NCBI RefSeq assembly: GCF_036321535.1
Contig: NC_087437.1
Location: forward strand, 119,848,001 to 119,912,000
DNA: 64,000 nt
Reading direction: 5' to 3'
Origin: Camelus dromedarius
Taxonomy: Eukaryota
Of this stretch, positions 35,601 through 47,600 are shown in pieces. Made by a program: the position numbers and the translations under genes. Within the stretch, counting starts at the first letter, position 1, and every line of letters starts with the position of its first letter. The notes under the pieces are model-generated. The model was given only the letters and a program-made list of their open reading frames with translations. It searched no databases and was not told the origin of the DNA.

Positions 35601-38600
35601 GTTTGCTGTTGTCCCTCCAGTGGCTGGCTCTGCTGCTTTTTCTTTATCTTTTTTTCTTTCTGCTCCTCAGATTGGGTAATTTCTAATGATCTGTCCTCAA
35701 TTTCCAAATTGCTGTAAGCCCAGCCATGAATTTTTTTATTTCAGATTTTTTTTTTTGGTATGTGTATATTTTTACTGAAGTATAGTCAGTTTAGTGTTGT
35801 GTCAATTCTGGTGCACAGCACAGTGCTTCAGTCATGCATGAACATGCATATATTCCTTTTCATATACTGTTTCACCGTAAGTTACTACAAGATATTGAAT
35901 ATGGTTCCCTGTGCTGTACAGTATGCACTTGTTGCTTATCTATTTTATATATAGTAGTTAGTATCTGCAAATCTCGAACTCCCAATTTATCCCTTCCCAC
36001 CCCCTTACCCCCTGGTAACCGTAAGTTTGTTTTCTATGTCTGTGAGTCTGTTTCTGTTTTGTAAATAAGTTCATTGTGTCTTTTTTTTTATATTCCACAT
36101 ATAAGCGATCTCATATAGTATTTTTCTTTCTCTTTCTGGCTTACTTCACTTAGAATGACAATCTCCAGGTCCATCCATGTTGCTGTAAATGGCATTATTT
36201 TATTATTTTTTATGGCTGAGTAGTAGTCCATTGTATAAATGTATTTCAGATATATTTTTAAGTTCAATAATTTTATTCTAATACTATTTGTAGTTTTCTC
36301 TCTTAAGATGCTCCATCTGCTTTCTACTTACTAACATCTTTTTCTTTAGTTTTTGGACCTACTTATAATTGCTGCATGAAAGGCTTGTTCTGCTCATTTC
36401 AACCTCTGTGTCATCTAGGATTTTTTATTTTTAATTTACCTTGGGCAGCCTCTCCAGCCATGCACCATGTTGACTTCCACAGAGGGAGTAAAACCCTTGG
36501 TTTGCAAAAGAAGGCTCAGTCTCTGATAGACTTTCGCAAGCGTCCTCCTGTCGTTTGTATCGTAATTGATCATCTTACTGGATAGGAATTTATCGTGACA
36601 GACTTCTCCCTGACGCCGGTCTGGTGGGGTCATCTGACACCCTGCCAGAGCCCAGACGCGTGAACCAGAGTTGACTCCCTTTGGCTTACCATAATTAAAC
36701 TTTCCCACAAGTCGTCCCGTTGCTGAGACAGACGAGGTTACCGCGTCGTGGACAAAGTCCCACCAGCACGTGCAGTCGGTCAGCTGCCAGTTCTCAAATT
36801 CAGATTCCCCTGAGGGCATCCTCAACAGACTGTCACACCCACGTCCTCCTCCCTCAATAGGGCATGGCCCCTCTCACCCCATGGAGGTGGGGGCGGTTCT
36901 CAGGGAGGAGGCCCTCGTGCAGAAGATCTTTGCCCTGAGAGGTCAGGGCAACACTGCCCACCTTTGCAGCCCTGTGTGGGAACATGCCTGGGGTCAGCAG
37001 GATGGGTCTGGCCATGTCCTGACAAGGCTTTTTCTCCACATCAGCAGCCACTTTGGTCCTTAGGAGGCCCACATGGTCGACCTCTGCAAACCGCCCAGAG
37101 CAGTGCCGAAAACCTAGCAAAGATGGTTGTGGTTGTTGCAATCTCTAAAATAATTAAGAAGAATTGCATTGCTAGCTGTCGAAGGCACTCGCTCAGATGC
37201 ATTCTTCCCCAAAACCAAGCCCAGGGAGCTGAGGGAGGGTGTAGGGAGGATCTGTATCCAAACATCTGAGATCAAACCCAACCACGCAGAGCACGAACCC
37301 CAGCTCCAAAGCAAAGGAGGGAAGAAACAATCCAGTTCCTGCCTCCGCGGCGCCGTGAGTCTGCAGCGACCCTGCAAGTCCTCAGCCAAGACAGTTACGA
37401 GACACTCCCCAGATGTCAGACGTGGTCGCCCGGGCCCTTCGGTGCACTTTGCTTTCTTTGTCACAGCAGAATGTCTAACAGGAGGCGAAAGCATCTAGGC
37501 AAAGTCGCACTGCAAGTCAGCCGGGTGTGACTTCTCGGAAGCACAGGCCATGGAGAGGGCGCCTGTGCCTTTAAGGAGCGAGGCCAGGCCGCTGCTAATC
37601 ACACCACTGTACTGTGCCCCCGTCAGTAGGAAATGGCCTCCTCCTGCACGTCTATTTATGACGGCCATAAACGGTGAATTGCGGTGACTGTGCCCTGGGC
37701 TAGAACATCCTCGGCTGGAGGTGCCAGCAGAGCAAAAGTGGAGCAGAGGTGAGCCCTGCCTTCCCTGGAGGGGGGCAGGGCACCCCTCCCTACACAGAGC
37801 CTTGGAAACAAATGCACCCTCGGTGTTCAGGGCCTCAGAGTGTCTCTTTGGGCCCAAGTACCGTGGGTTATTTTCCCTCCTGCAAAGCAGGACACCCCTT
37901 TCTGAAGGGATATCTGTTTTTTTAAAAAATGCTTTGTGTGCGGGAGGGTAGAGCTCAGTGGCGGAGCGCGTGCTGAGCGGGCACGAGGTCCTGGGCTCAG
38001 GGCGGCCAGTGAAAAATAAATAAGTAAATAGACCTAACTACCTACCTAACCCCCACACACACAAAGGAAAACACACAAACAAACAAAAAGAGTAATGAAA
38101 AATGTAACGCTTTGGAAGGGTGCCAGTCGACTGTGTATTTGCTGGAGGGCGCTCGGTCTCTCAGTCCCCGGGTGAGGGTGATACGGTGAAGCAGCCCGAG
38201 CATCAGGTGAACAGCGGAAACGCAACAGCAACCTCGTGCAACACTTGCAGACGTGTCAGAGAGGTGGGGACCGTCCGGACTCCAGCGCCGCACGCACGCC
38301 CACAGGGTATTACTCCTTGCACCACTGAGGGGGTCAAAAGCTTGGGGTTCAGACGCCCGTGCGGATGTCCCCGTGCCGCCCTCCCTCGGTGCGCAGGTGG
38401 GAGGCCCGTGCATTACTGGGGCTGTGAGGGGCCGTTTTCCCCGGGGTGGGGGAAGGTGCGGGTCCCGGCCCACCCAGGGCTGTGGAGGGTGGAAGGCTGG
38501 CCGTGGCTGCCATTCTGTTCAGCGCTGGGTGGAGATGCACCGATCAGCTGGCGGGCCCTACCGAATCAGCGCCTCGTGTTAGACCAGTCTTTAGAGTGGG

Positions 38601-41600
38601 AATTGTAGGGTTGAGCTGTCCTGTCGATCTGTTAAACCAGAGTTTTATGTCATTCTGTGCCACGGAGACTCAGGATTTATCTGAAACAAGTAAACAATTC
38701 CTGGAAGGGCTGGGAGAAGCGGAGGCGGGCTCCTTGAAGCATCCGCAGCAGCCCAAGGCGGAGCCTGGCATCGGGGAGGGCGGCCCGGGGTGGGGGTGGT
38801 GGATGCTGCCCTGGCTACTGGTCGGGGCGGCTGTCTAAACACCGCAGGGGAGGGTGCCCGTCCTGCCACCCCACAGGCTGAATCCTGCCTGCAAACCCCT
38901 CTAGGCAGCTCTCCCGTCATCTCCAGGGGGTGGGTGGCTCCAGACCCCTCAGTTCTGTTCCAGGAGCGGGTCCTGGGGCCGCTCTGGTGCAGACCCACAG
39001 CAAGATTTGGCAGCCTCCTTAAAACTAGACTCAGAACTATGTATAAAGCAGGTAAAAAGCCACGACCTACTGGATAGCACAGGGGACTCTATTCAATTTC
39101 TTGTGATAACATATAATGAAAACAAATCTGAGAAGAAAATGTAAATATGCACGTATATGTGTCGCTGAGTCACTTTGCCACCCGCCTGAGACTAACGTTG
39201 TAAATCAACTACACTTCACTAATACATTTTAAAAATAAGAAAAAAACTATTTGAGATTTGCAGATACACACTACTATATGTAAAATAGATAAACAGCAGG
39301 TTTCTTCTGTGCAGCACAGGGAACTGTATTCAATATCTTGTAGTGACCTATAGTGAAGAAGGATATGAAAAGGAATGTGTGTCTGTGTGTGGACGACTGA
39401 AACATGATGCTATGCACCAGACATGGACACAGCATTGCAAACTGACTATACTTCAATTTAAAAACAATTTTTTTAAGGTGGGGAGGGTATAGCTCAGCAG
39501 TAGAGTGCATGATTTGCCTGCACTAAGTCCTGGGTTCAATTCCCAGAACCTCCATTGAAATAAATAAACCTAATTACCTACCCCGCCCCCCCAGAAAACA
39601 AAACAAAACAAAAAGCTAGACTCAGATTCTGCCAGACTTCAAGACAGTCCTGGAACTAAACTCTTCTCTAATATGTGAGAGACTCTGCCAGCACCAGCAT
39701 TTCCCCCCAGACAGGCACCTGGGAGCGCCTGCCCGGGCCAGTCCAGGCGAGAGCAGATGAGAAGCAGCTCAGACCTGAAGAGGCTGCTGACGGGCCTCCT
39801 GAGGCCCTGCTGTGACGACCAATCACCCGGGGGCCGAACCTTGCCGTGGTGCCCAGGAGGGACTCACAGTGAAATGGAGCAGTGATGTTCACCATACGGC
39901 CCCAGGCCCGGGACGACTCCTCAATGACACGCCGGCTGCCCTGGTGGAGCAGACCTTTCTCTGGAGACCACGGGCTGGCTCCGCGGCGGCCTCCATCCGC
40001 ATGGACCAGCTGTGGTCCACGCTGCCTCCCGTTCTCTCAGCCTTGTCTCCTCTCCCAATTTTCTAAAAGAAAACCTTTAAGGTCCAGAGGGGACCCTGAA
40101 GACCGTGTCATGTCCAGCCCTTAATTGCCAGCATCCCTGGTTGCTGCTGGTTATTCTTAAAGCTATTTAAAAATTCACAAAGTAAAATTACTTGAATACG
40201 CTTTCATCTTTAAATTTCAGTGTATGCCACACGGCATTTAGGAGAAAGCGGTGGGGTTCCCGCATGTATCCGTTTTCTGATCGGGAGCGCTTTGGCCACG
40301 AAGGCTGGGAATGACTAACATTTGCGAATGAAAACTGCTTGTCACCCCCACGCCCGGGGTTCAGGGGTGTCTGCAGCCGCGAGGGCACGGGGGCTGGGAA
40401 GGGCTCCTCCGGGACGTTGCGGGGAGGGTGCTCCTGCTTCTCAGCCTGGCACTGGTCCCCTCCAGAGCTCAGCCTGTCACCCCGGGGCTGTGTGGACACC
40501 CGGGAGAAGCTCAAAGCAAGAGGGGCGTCAGGTGGACCTGGAGATTGTCCTTCTGAGTGAAGTCAGCCAAAAAGAGAAAGAAAACTGCCATACGATATCG
40601 CTTACGTGTGGAATCTTAAAAAAAAAAAAAAAAGGGGGCACAAATGAACTCACCTACAAAACAGAAACAGACTCACAGACACAGAGAACAAACTTACGGT
40701 TACCAGGGGGTGAAGGGGGTGGGAAGGGGTAAATCGGGAATTCGAAAATTGCAGCTCTTGGGGAGAGAGGGAAACGTTCACTGTCGTGATTGCGGTGGTG
40801 GTTTCATGGGTGTGGACATCTATCAAAACCATCAAACTGTACACCTGAAGTATGTGGAGTTTACTGCACAGGAGCCACACCACAGTAACGGGGTTAGAAA
40901 AAGCAGAAGGGGTGTCGCCTGTGGCTTTTGGCAGCTCTTAGCGATGTAGTAACACGCCCGTGGCGACCCTGAGCGACGTAACGCCACCTGTGGCCGTCCG
41001 TGACCCTCAGTGGCGCAACAGCAACTCCTGTGGCACTTGGCGACCCTGAGTGACATAACGCCGCCAGCACCAGCAGCAGCTCACAGGCGACACTCACCAC
41101 GGGCCAGGCACTGTCCTGAGCAGTTCGCACACAGTAAGCCACAGTTCAGCGTAAGTGCCGAAGTCCCCTGGGAGGAAACAGTGCCCCGCGGCAGGAATTC
41201 CAGTGCGCTTGGCTGGGGCGGGGGAGGCGCCCATTTCCTGGTCAAGCCCTGTTTATGGACGTGTGGGTGTGGTTGGCCTTCTACACAGAGGCATTTTTTT
41301 GCTCTTTTCCCCTTGAAAAGAATGCAGATTGTGCAGTATCTAAAGAGGCAGCTGGGGCTAGATTACCTCTGTGACATCAGTGGGAGGACCACGACCTGGC
41401 GGTGGGGCTTCCTCGCTACAGCCTCACCTTTGTGCTGGTGCCCTTTCTGCGGATTACAGATACATTGGCCCGGGTGGCACGCAGGTGAGGTGTAGCTAGG
41501 ACACGGACCGGAGTACGGATGTCCGAATGTCCGCACTGCAGACAGAGCCGGAGGAGGAAGGTATGGGGTACAGTGACGAAAAGCATCCTTATTGCTTGGG

Positions 41601-44600
41601 CTGGACATTAAATTTAGCCATTAAAATCCTGTAATGCTCAAAGGAACCCACCTCAAAAGTCCAAAGGAAAATTCCTCTTTTTCTTTCCATTTTGTACATT
41701 AAGTTTTTTATTTAAATTTTTTCTTTTAAAAAAGTTACAGAGTCACACACAGTTGTAAGAAAAAATGCAGAGAGACACTGTCTGCCCATTTCCCCCAGTG
41801 GTGACGTCTTTCAGACTCTAGTGAGATCTCACCACCGGGCTGCTGACACTGATGCAGCCCGGATCCAGAACATTCCAACCCCACGAGGATCCCTGCCGCC
41901 ATCCTTTTATAGCCTCGGCCAAGCCCTTTCTATTCCCCACCCCTCCTCAACCCTTGGCAATCATGAATCTGCTCTCCATCTCTACAATTCTGTCACTTCA
42001 AGAATGTTCTATCATCATGTTCATCCAGTAGGTGAGTTTGGGGATTGACTTTCTTCACTCAGCGTAGTTCTCTGGACATGCATCCGGGTTGTTGCGTGTA
42101 TCACAGGTTCAGTCCTTTTTATTACTGGGTAATATTCCACGGTGTGGCTGGACAGTTTGTTCATCCAGTCACCTACCAAAGGGCATCCGGGTTGTTTCCG
42201 GTTTGGGGTTATTAAAAATAAAGCCTCTCTGAACATTGTGTCCAGGCTTTTGTGTGACTATAACTTGTCATTTCTCGGCCCCAGGGTGCAATTGCTAAGT
42301 TGTACGGTAGTTGCACATTTGGTTTTTTTAAAGAAACTGCCACAAGGACCGACTGTATAGCACAGAGAACTATGTTCAGTTTCTCGTAATGAACTGTAAT
42401 GGAAAAGAAACTGAAACATATATGTATGTAAGACTGAATTGTCTTGCTGCATACCTGAAACTAACAGTGTAAATTGACTATGCTTCAATACAAAGTAAGA
42501 ATTATTTTAGTTCATATATATATATATATATATATATAGTTGATAACATGGGTTTGAACTGTGCAGGTCCACTTATGCTCAGGTTTTTTTTCAATAATAT
42601 AAGCTATAGTACTACGAAAAAGAAAAAGAAAGAAAAAAAAAAAGAAAAAGAAACTGCCAAAACATTTTCCAGAGTAGCTAGAAAACCATTTTCTATTCCC
42701 ACCAGCGATGTGTGGGTTTACTGTGCTTTGTGTTTCCTAGGTTCTAGATTATCGAGTTGAGATTTTTCCTCTCTGCTATTGCAAGCATTGCAGTGCTATA
42801 AATATTCCTCTCGGCACTGCTTTGGCTGTGTCCCACAGCTAAATTTTGATGTGTTGTATTTTTCATTTTCATTCAGTTCTGTGTCTATTTCTGTATCCCT
42901 TGAGATTTCCTTAGCAGTGTGTTGTTTAGCTTCAGAGCATTTGCAGTGTTCCTGCTGTCTTTCTGTTACTGGTTTCTACTTCGATTCTCTTAAAGGTCAG
43001 AGACCACACTCCATATGTTGCAATTCTTTTAAATTTGTTGAGGGTTTTTTTTGTGGACTAGCATGTGGTCTGCCTTGGTGTATGCTTTGTGGGCACCTGA
43101 AAAGAATGTGTGTCCTACTGTTAAGTGGAGTGATCTATAAATGTTAATTGTTGACGGACGTATAAATTTATCTCAAGACTTTGAGGTAGATCACTCACTC
43201 ATGAAGCTTATGTGACCCATTACTTTTGCCGAAGATTCCAGAATAAGAGGTCTAAAATCCTGCTGTGTTCACCAGGGAGGCCTGTGAAGCCTTCTTACTG
43301 GGTGTTCTCATCAGTGGGGTCGCCATTCCCTTCCCTGGTGGGTACGGGTGTCTCTGAAGGATAGGGCTCAGATCAGCTCAGCAGTGTGCTTCCTGGCTGG
43401 CGTTTTCACTCTCACAGCTCTAAGAGATACAACAAGACTTCGGTTTTCTTCTCATCATCTGAGTCATAGAGCCGAAGCCAGAGGGAATCTTGGGTCATCT
43501 GGTCCACCCTTTCATCTGGCAAGTGGAGGGGTGGGGTCTGAGAGGCTGACTTTTAAAACATGTTTATGAATTAACATTATGTTTATCATAGAAATGTGTT
43601 AGATATAGAGAAACAAAAATAAAGGGAAAAGTTTACACATAATCTTACAACCAAAAAGTAACTACTACTGTTATTTCAGAGTGTACCCTCCCAGTGTTTT
43701 CAAAAATCAGGTCACATGGTGTTACAGGCTTTTTTTACTTCAACAGTAGACATGAGCATTTTCCAAGGTATTATGTCTAATAGCAGAATATGTTCCCATG
43801 GTGTAGAAAAACCGTCACTTATTTGATGTCCACTTGATGGACGTATAGGCTGCTAGGGTTTTCACTGTGCTAAGTAACAGTGTGATGAACATCTTCTGTG
43901 AACACACGTGGTTGTTTCCTAGAAACGGAGGCATTAGGGCACAGCACATGAACGTTCTGAGCTTTTGAGACTCATTGCCAAATTGGATGATTGAGATTAT
44001 TTGTTTAGGCAGGCTTGGTTTGGTTTTGATTTGGGTTGGTTTTAGTGGAGGGTTAGGCCTCACTCAGGTCAACATGGAATCAGGAGGAAGCCTGATTTAA
44101 GTCCTCAGTGTTTAGGGTGTGAGCCGAGGGCCCCGGAGCCAAGAAAAGAGCTCCCCCTCCCCAAGGGCACAGAGTTGCTGGAACAGGGCCACACAGCCCA
44201 CACCTTCCTACAAGGCATCCTGCGTTGGGCCCAGTCAGGAAACAGGAAAACGGGCAGGTTGTATTCAGCCTGGGGCCTGATCCTTGTAAAACCAGCCACG
44301 CAGCCCGGTTTCATGTGACAGGCAACCAAGGGGCAGCCTCGCTCCCCCCGGCCCACTTCCTCCCTGGGACCTGCCTCGAGAACAGTGTTTTGCACTTAAA
44401 ATATGCCTTGAACTCACTTCGTCATAGTAATTGCCCTCATAAAATGGACCAGGGCCCTACCTGAAAACTAGTCCCGGATTTAGGGACCCTGTCCTGAGCA
44501 CCTTTTACTGCTGGTGCCGACGGCAGGGGGACCACAGCCCCGGCCACTCTGCCGAGCAGCAGCCCAAGAGCGAAAGCACGTCTGCAGGTGGTAGGAGACC

Positions 44601-47600
44601 CCAGGCCCAGGTGAGGCCCTGCAGCCGGCAGATGGCAGGTGGCAGGGCGTCCCTCCAGGTGCCCGGCGTCAGCACCGCCGCCCACAGCATGCAGATGCGG
44701 CCCCTGACGGTCCGAGGAGTGTTTCTCCCATCAGTCTCTCTTTTGTCATCTGCAGAGAAAGAAGAACTGATCCAGAGCGTGCTGACCCAGGTGGCCGAGC
44801 AGTTCTCGAGGTGCAGAATCTCCTCGACACGCGGTCCCCAGAGCGCGGTGCTTCCTCTCTCGGCGGCGGTGCTGGGCCCCTTGCTCTGAGGCTGTCCTGG
44901 CCGCCAGGCTCCAACACAGCACTTGAGAAGCCCCCTTCCCAGTGACATCGCTCTGTGACTCGGATGGGGGCCAGAAAGCGTCCGCCTTGCACCACAGGCC
45001 GTGTCACGGGGGCACTTTCAGAACAAGAGCCCCTGTTGCTGAGCATTCTCTCAGCTGGCCTTTCTGGGGCCAGGACTTGAACCTACAAGAGCGGACAGCT
45101 TTAAAGGAGGGTTTCCCTGAGCTCCCATGTAGCTGGAGGGGCTTCCTCTCGTTCCGAGTCAGCCTGCCAGTTCTGGAGGAAATGCTTTCCGTTCCCTAGC
45201 TACTTCACTGGCATTTTAACCGGCCTGGGGTAGTTAAAATGGGGAAAGGGCAGAGGGTATTTTCTTAAAGCCCAGGAGTTGTTGAACTGTATGACTCAGA
45301 GGCCTGGAGAGGGCACACCAGGTCCCCTGAAGGCGGTCTGCGCCCAGCAGGGTGGGATGGGGGCTGGGTTGTGCCAGCTGTGAGCAGAGGACGCGGGTCC
45401 CCTCCCCCCGCCCCCGGAGAGCGTCTGCTCACTCTCAGGTGTGGGGACGTAAAGACACCTGCTCCGTGTCCCCGTCTTGGAGAAGGCACCCTCGAGATAA
45501 CTGGAGGGTGTGTCCTGTTCCTCCGCACCCCCAACCCCGTGAGTTCCACAGACGCAGCTCCCCTGCGCGCCCCTCACTGGCCTCCTGTAGACCTCACCCT
45601 TGGCAGGGAGCCAGCAGGCGTTGGCTGAACCCATTTTAACTTTGAGGATTGTGTGAGTTATATTGATGTTTTGATTTTTTCCCCCCCAGGGCATTTAAAA
45701 TCAACGAACTGAAAGCTGAAGTTGCAAACCACTTGGCCGTGCTAGAGAAACGGGTCGAACGTGAGTGGGGTTTTTGCTTCCTTTTCCGTGATGCGTCTTT
45801 TAACCTCTGTTTCAGTTAACCACGGGGCCCAGTGGGGTGTGGTGAGGGCCAGGGAGCGGAGGCCGAAGGTGAGGGCCTCTTCTTTGTGAGCGGCTCGGAA
45901 TTTACCTTTGAAGATAACAGGGGCCAGAACAGTGACTAATCTTAAAGCGTTTTATCCTATTTTAAAAGTAACTCAGTAACACAGGGCGTTTGTAAGTGTG
46001 GGGATAACTTGCAACACAGTACATGTCACAGTAGGACGGCGCCTGGCACCCCGTCCCCTCCATGCAGAAGAGCCCAGAGTGAAACCATGAGGCCCCCAGA
46101 CCCAGCCCCCTCCAGGGACGACCTTCTGCAGAACATCCAGTGTGTGTCTCTTTTTATATAAGTGATCCGCTGACCCATCCTCTCTGGTTTCATGAGGTTT
46201 TATGTTGTTTCTTGGTAATTTTTGGAAAATGCCTACGAGATCATCACCAAGTCTTGATTCAGTGATCAAGGAGCTAAAACTCTGGGAGGAAAACAGCTTC
46301 CAGTCACTCAACCTTTGTGTCCCCATCCATAAGATAAGGAAAAATGCTTGAATTCCAGGTGGCGCGTAGTTCCTGGTTAGGCACACAGCGGGACGGCTCT
46401 GTCAATGTCAAGGCCAAGGTTGCCGGTTCATGGGCACCACATTCACTGACTTCGGGATGAGTACACAGAATCCAAACCCTAGAGCAGTGAGGGTCGTGGC
46501 ATCACCAGACTCTGCCTGGCTGATTCGTATCATAGGACTCACTGAAGGTCACTTTTCACATCTTGTATGAATTGCTCAGATTTTTCTAAGACAAAAAATT
46601 CAGGATCCTCTTAAAAAACAAAAGCTCACCTAAATAACTTGAATCATGATTTACATGGTCATACTTTTCCAAGTGCAATGACGTTTTTAAAATCCGTGTG
46701 GTTGTTGGAGCTTCAGAACCGTTTTATTTTCCCCGTTGGTGACGAAGAAGCCACCAAGAGAGGAAGTGATCTGCTCAAGTTCACTCAGCAAATTGCAAAA
46801 GGGAATAAAACTGGGGCCAGCACCCAGCCCCGGCCGGGCCACTCTTGCTGTCGGCTGAAGAGGCTGGGCCGCTGCGAGGAGGATGCAGGTTAGAAAGATG
46901 CAGTGGCAGCCCGCCGCAGGGGCAGCCGCAGGCCCTGGTTGTGCCTGCACCAAGCAGAAAGGGGGTCTTTCCCCGGGGGACCTGGGGGAGCCCCCCTGGG
47001 TGCTGGGCAGGTGCAGAGACAGGGCTCAGCATGTCTGAGGCAGGACCGGTGCCCCAAAGCCCTCATAGAGCTGATGCCATGAGAACACCCATCTCTTATA
47101 TCTGAGCCCCAGACGTGCAGTACCTCCCCTCGCGCCACAGGACCTGTGCTTGGGCCCCCAGGCCCTGTGGCCACTGCTGCCAGCATGAGGCTGCTTCTCC
47201 GTACACCAGCTACAGGTCCAGAGTCTGGGCAGAGCTGGACCACAGGCCCATGCCGTCGCTGCAAGGGAGGCCAGAGAAAGTGAATGCGTCCGTTTCCAGC
47301 GGCTGTCATGACAAAGGACCGCAAACCAGGGGCTTAAAACAACACACACGTATTCTTCCGTGGCTCCGGAGGCCAGACGTCCTGGATCAAATTGTGGGCA
47401 GGGTCAGGTCCTTCTGGGGGAGAGTCTAGCTCTGGGTGCTGCCCACAGGCCTCTCGGCTGCATCGCTCCAGACAGCCACCGTCTCCCACGGCCCCTCCCC
47501 TCCCCTCTGCGTCTCAAGCCTCCTTCTACCTTCTCCTCTCAGGGCACCTGCCTTTGGACTTAGGGCCCACCCTAACCCAGCGTGGTCGCACCTCGAGATC

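Larger units (their letters stand above)
30640..36430 (-). mobile_element. Long old L1M block hosting nested SINE, L1MC, MLT1A and young L1 insertions
   Basis: AT-rich antisense L1 motifs (gttatgctggcctcataaaa, tctgatgagaagtcggc, tcctcagattgggtaatttct); boundaries approximate. Confidence 0.8.

Noticed and set aside
40912..41093. CRISPR-like repeat array
   Set aside because: Mammalian intron; the units are diverged, have no unique constant-length spacers, and no cas genes are present.
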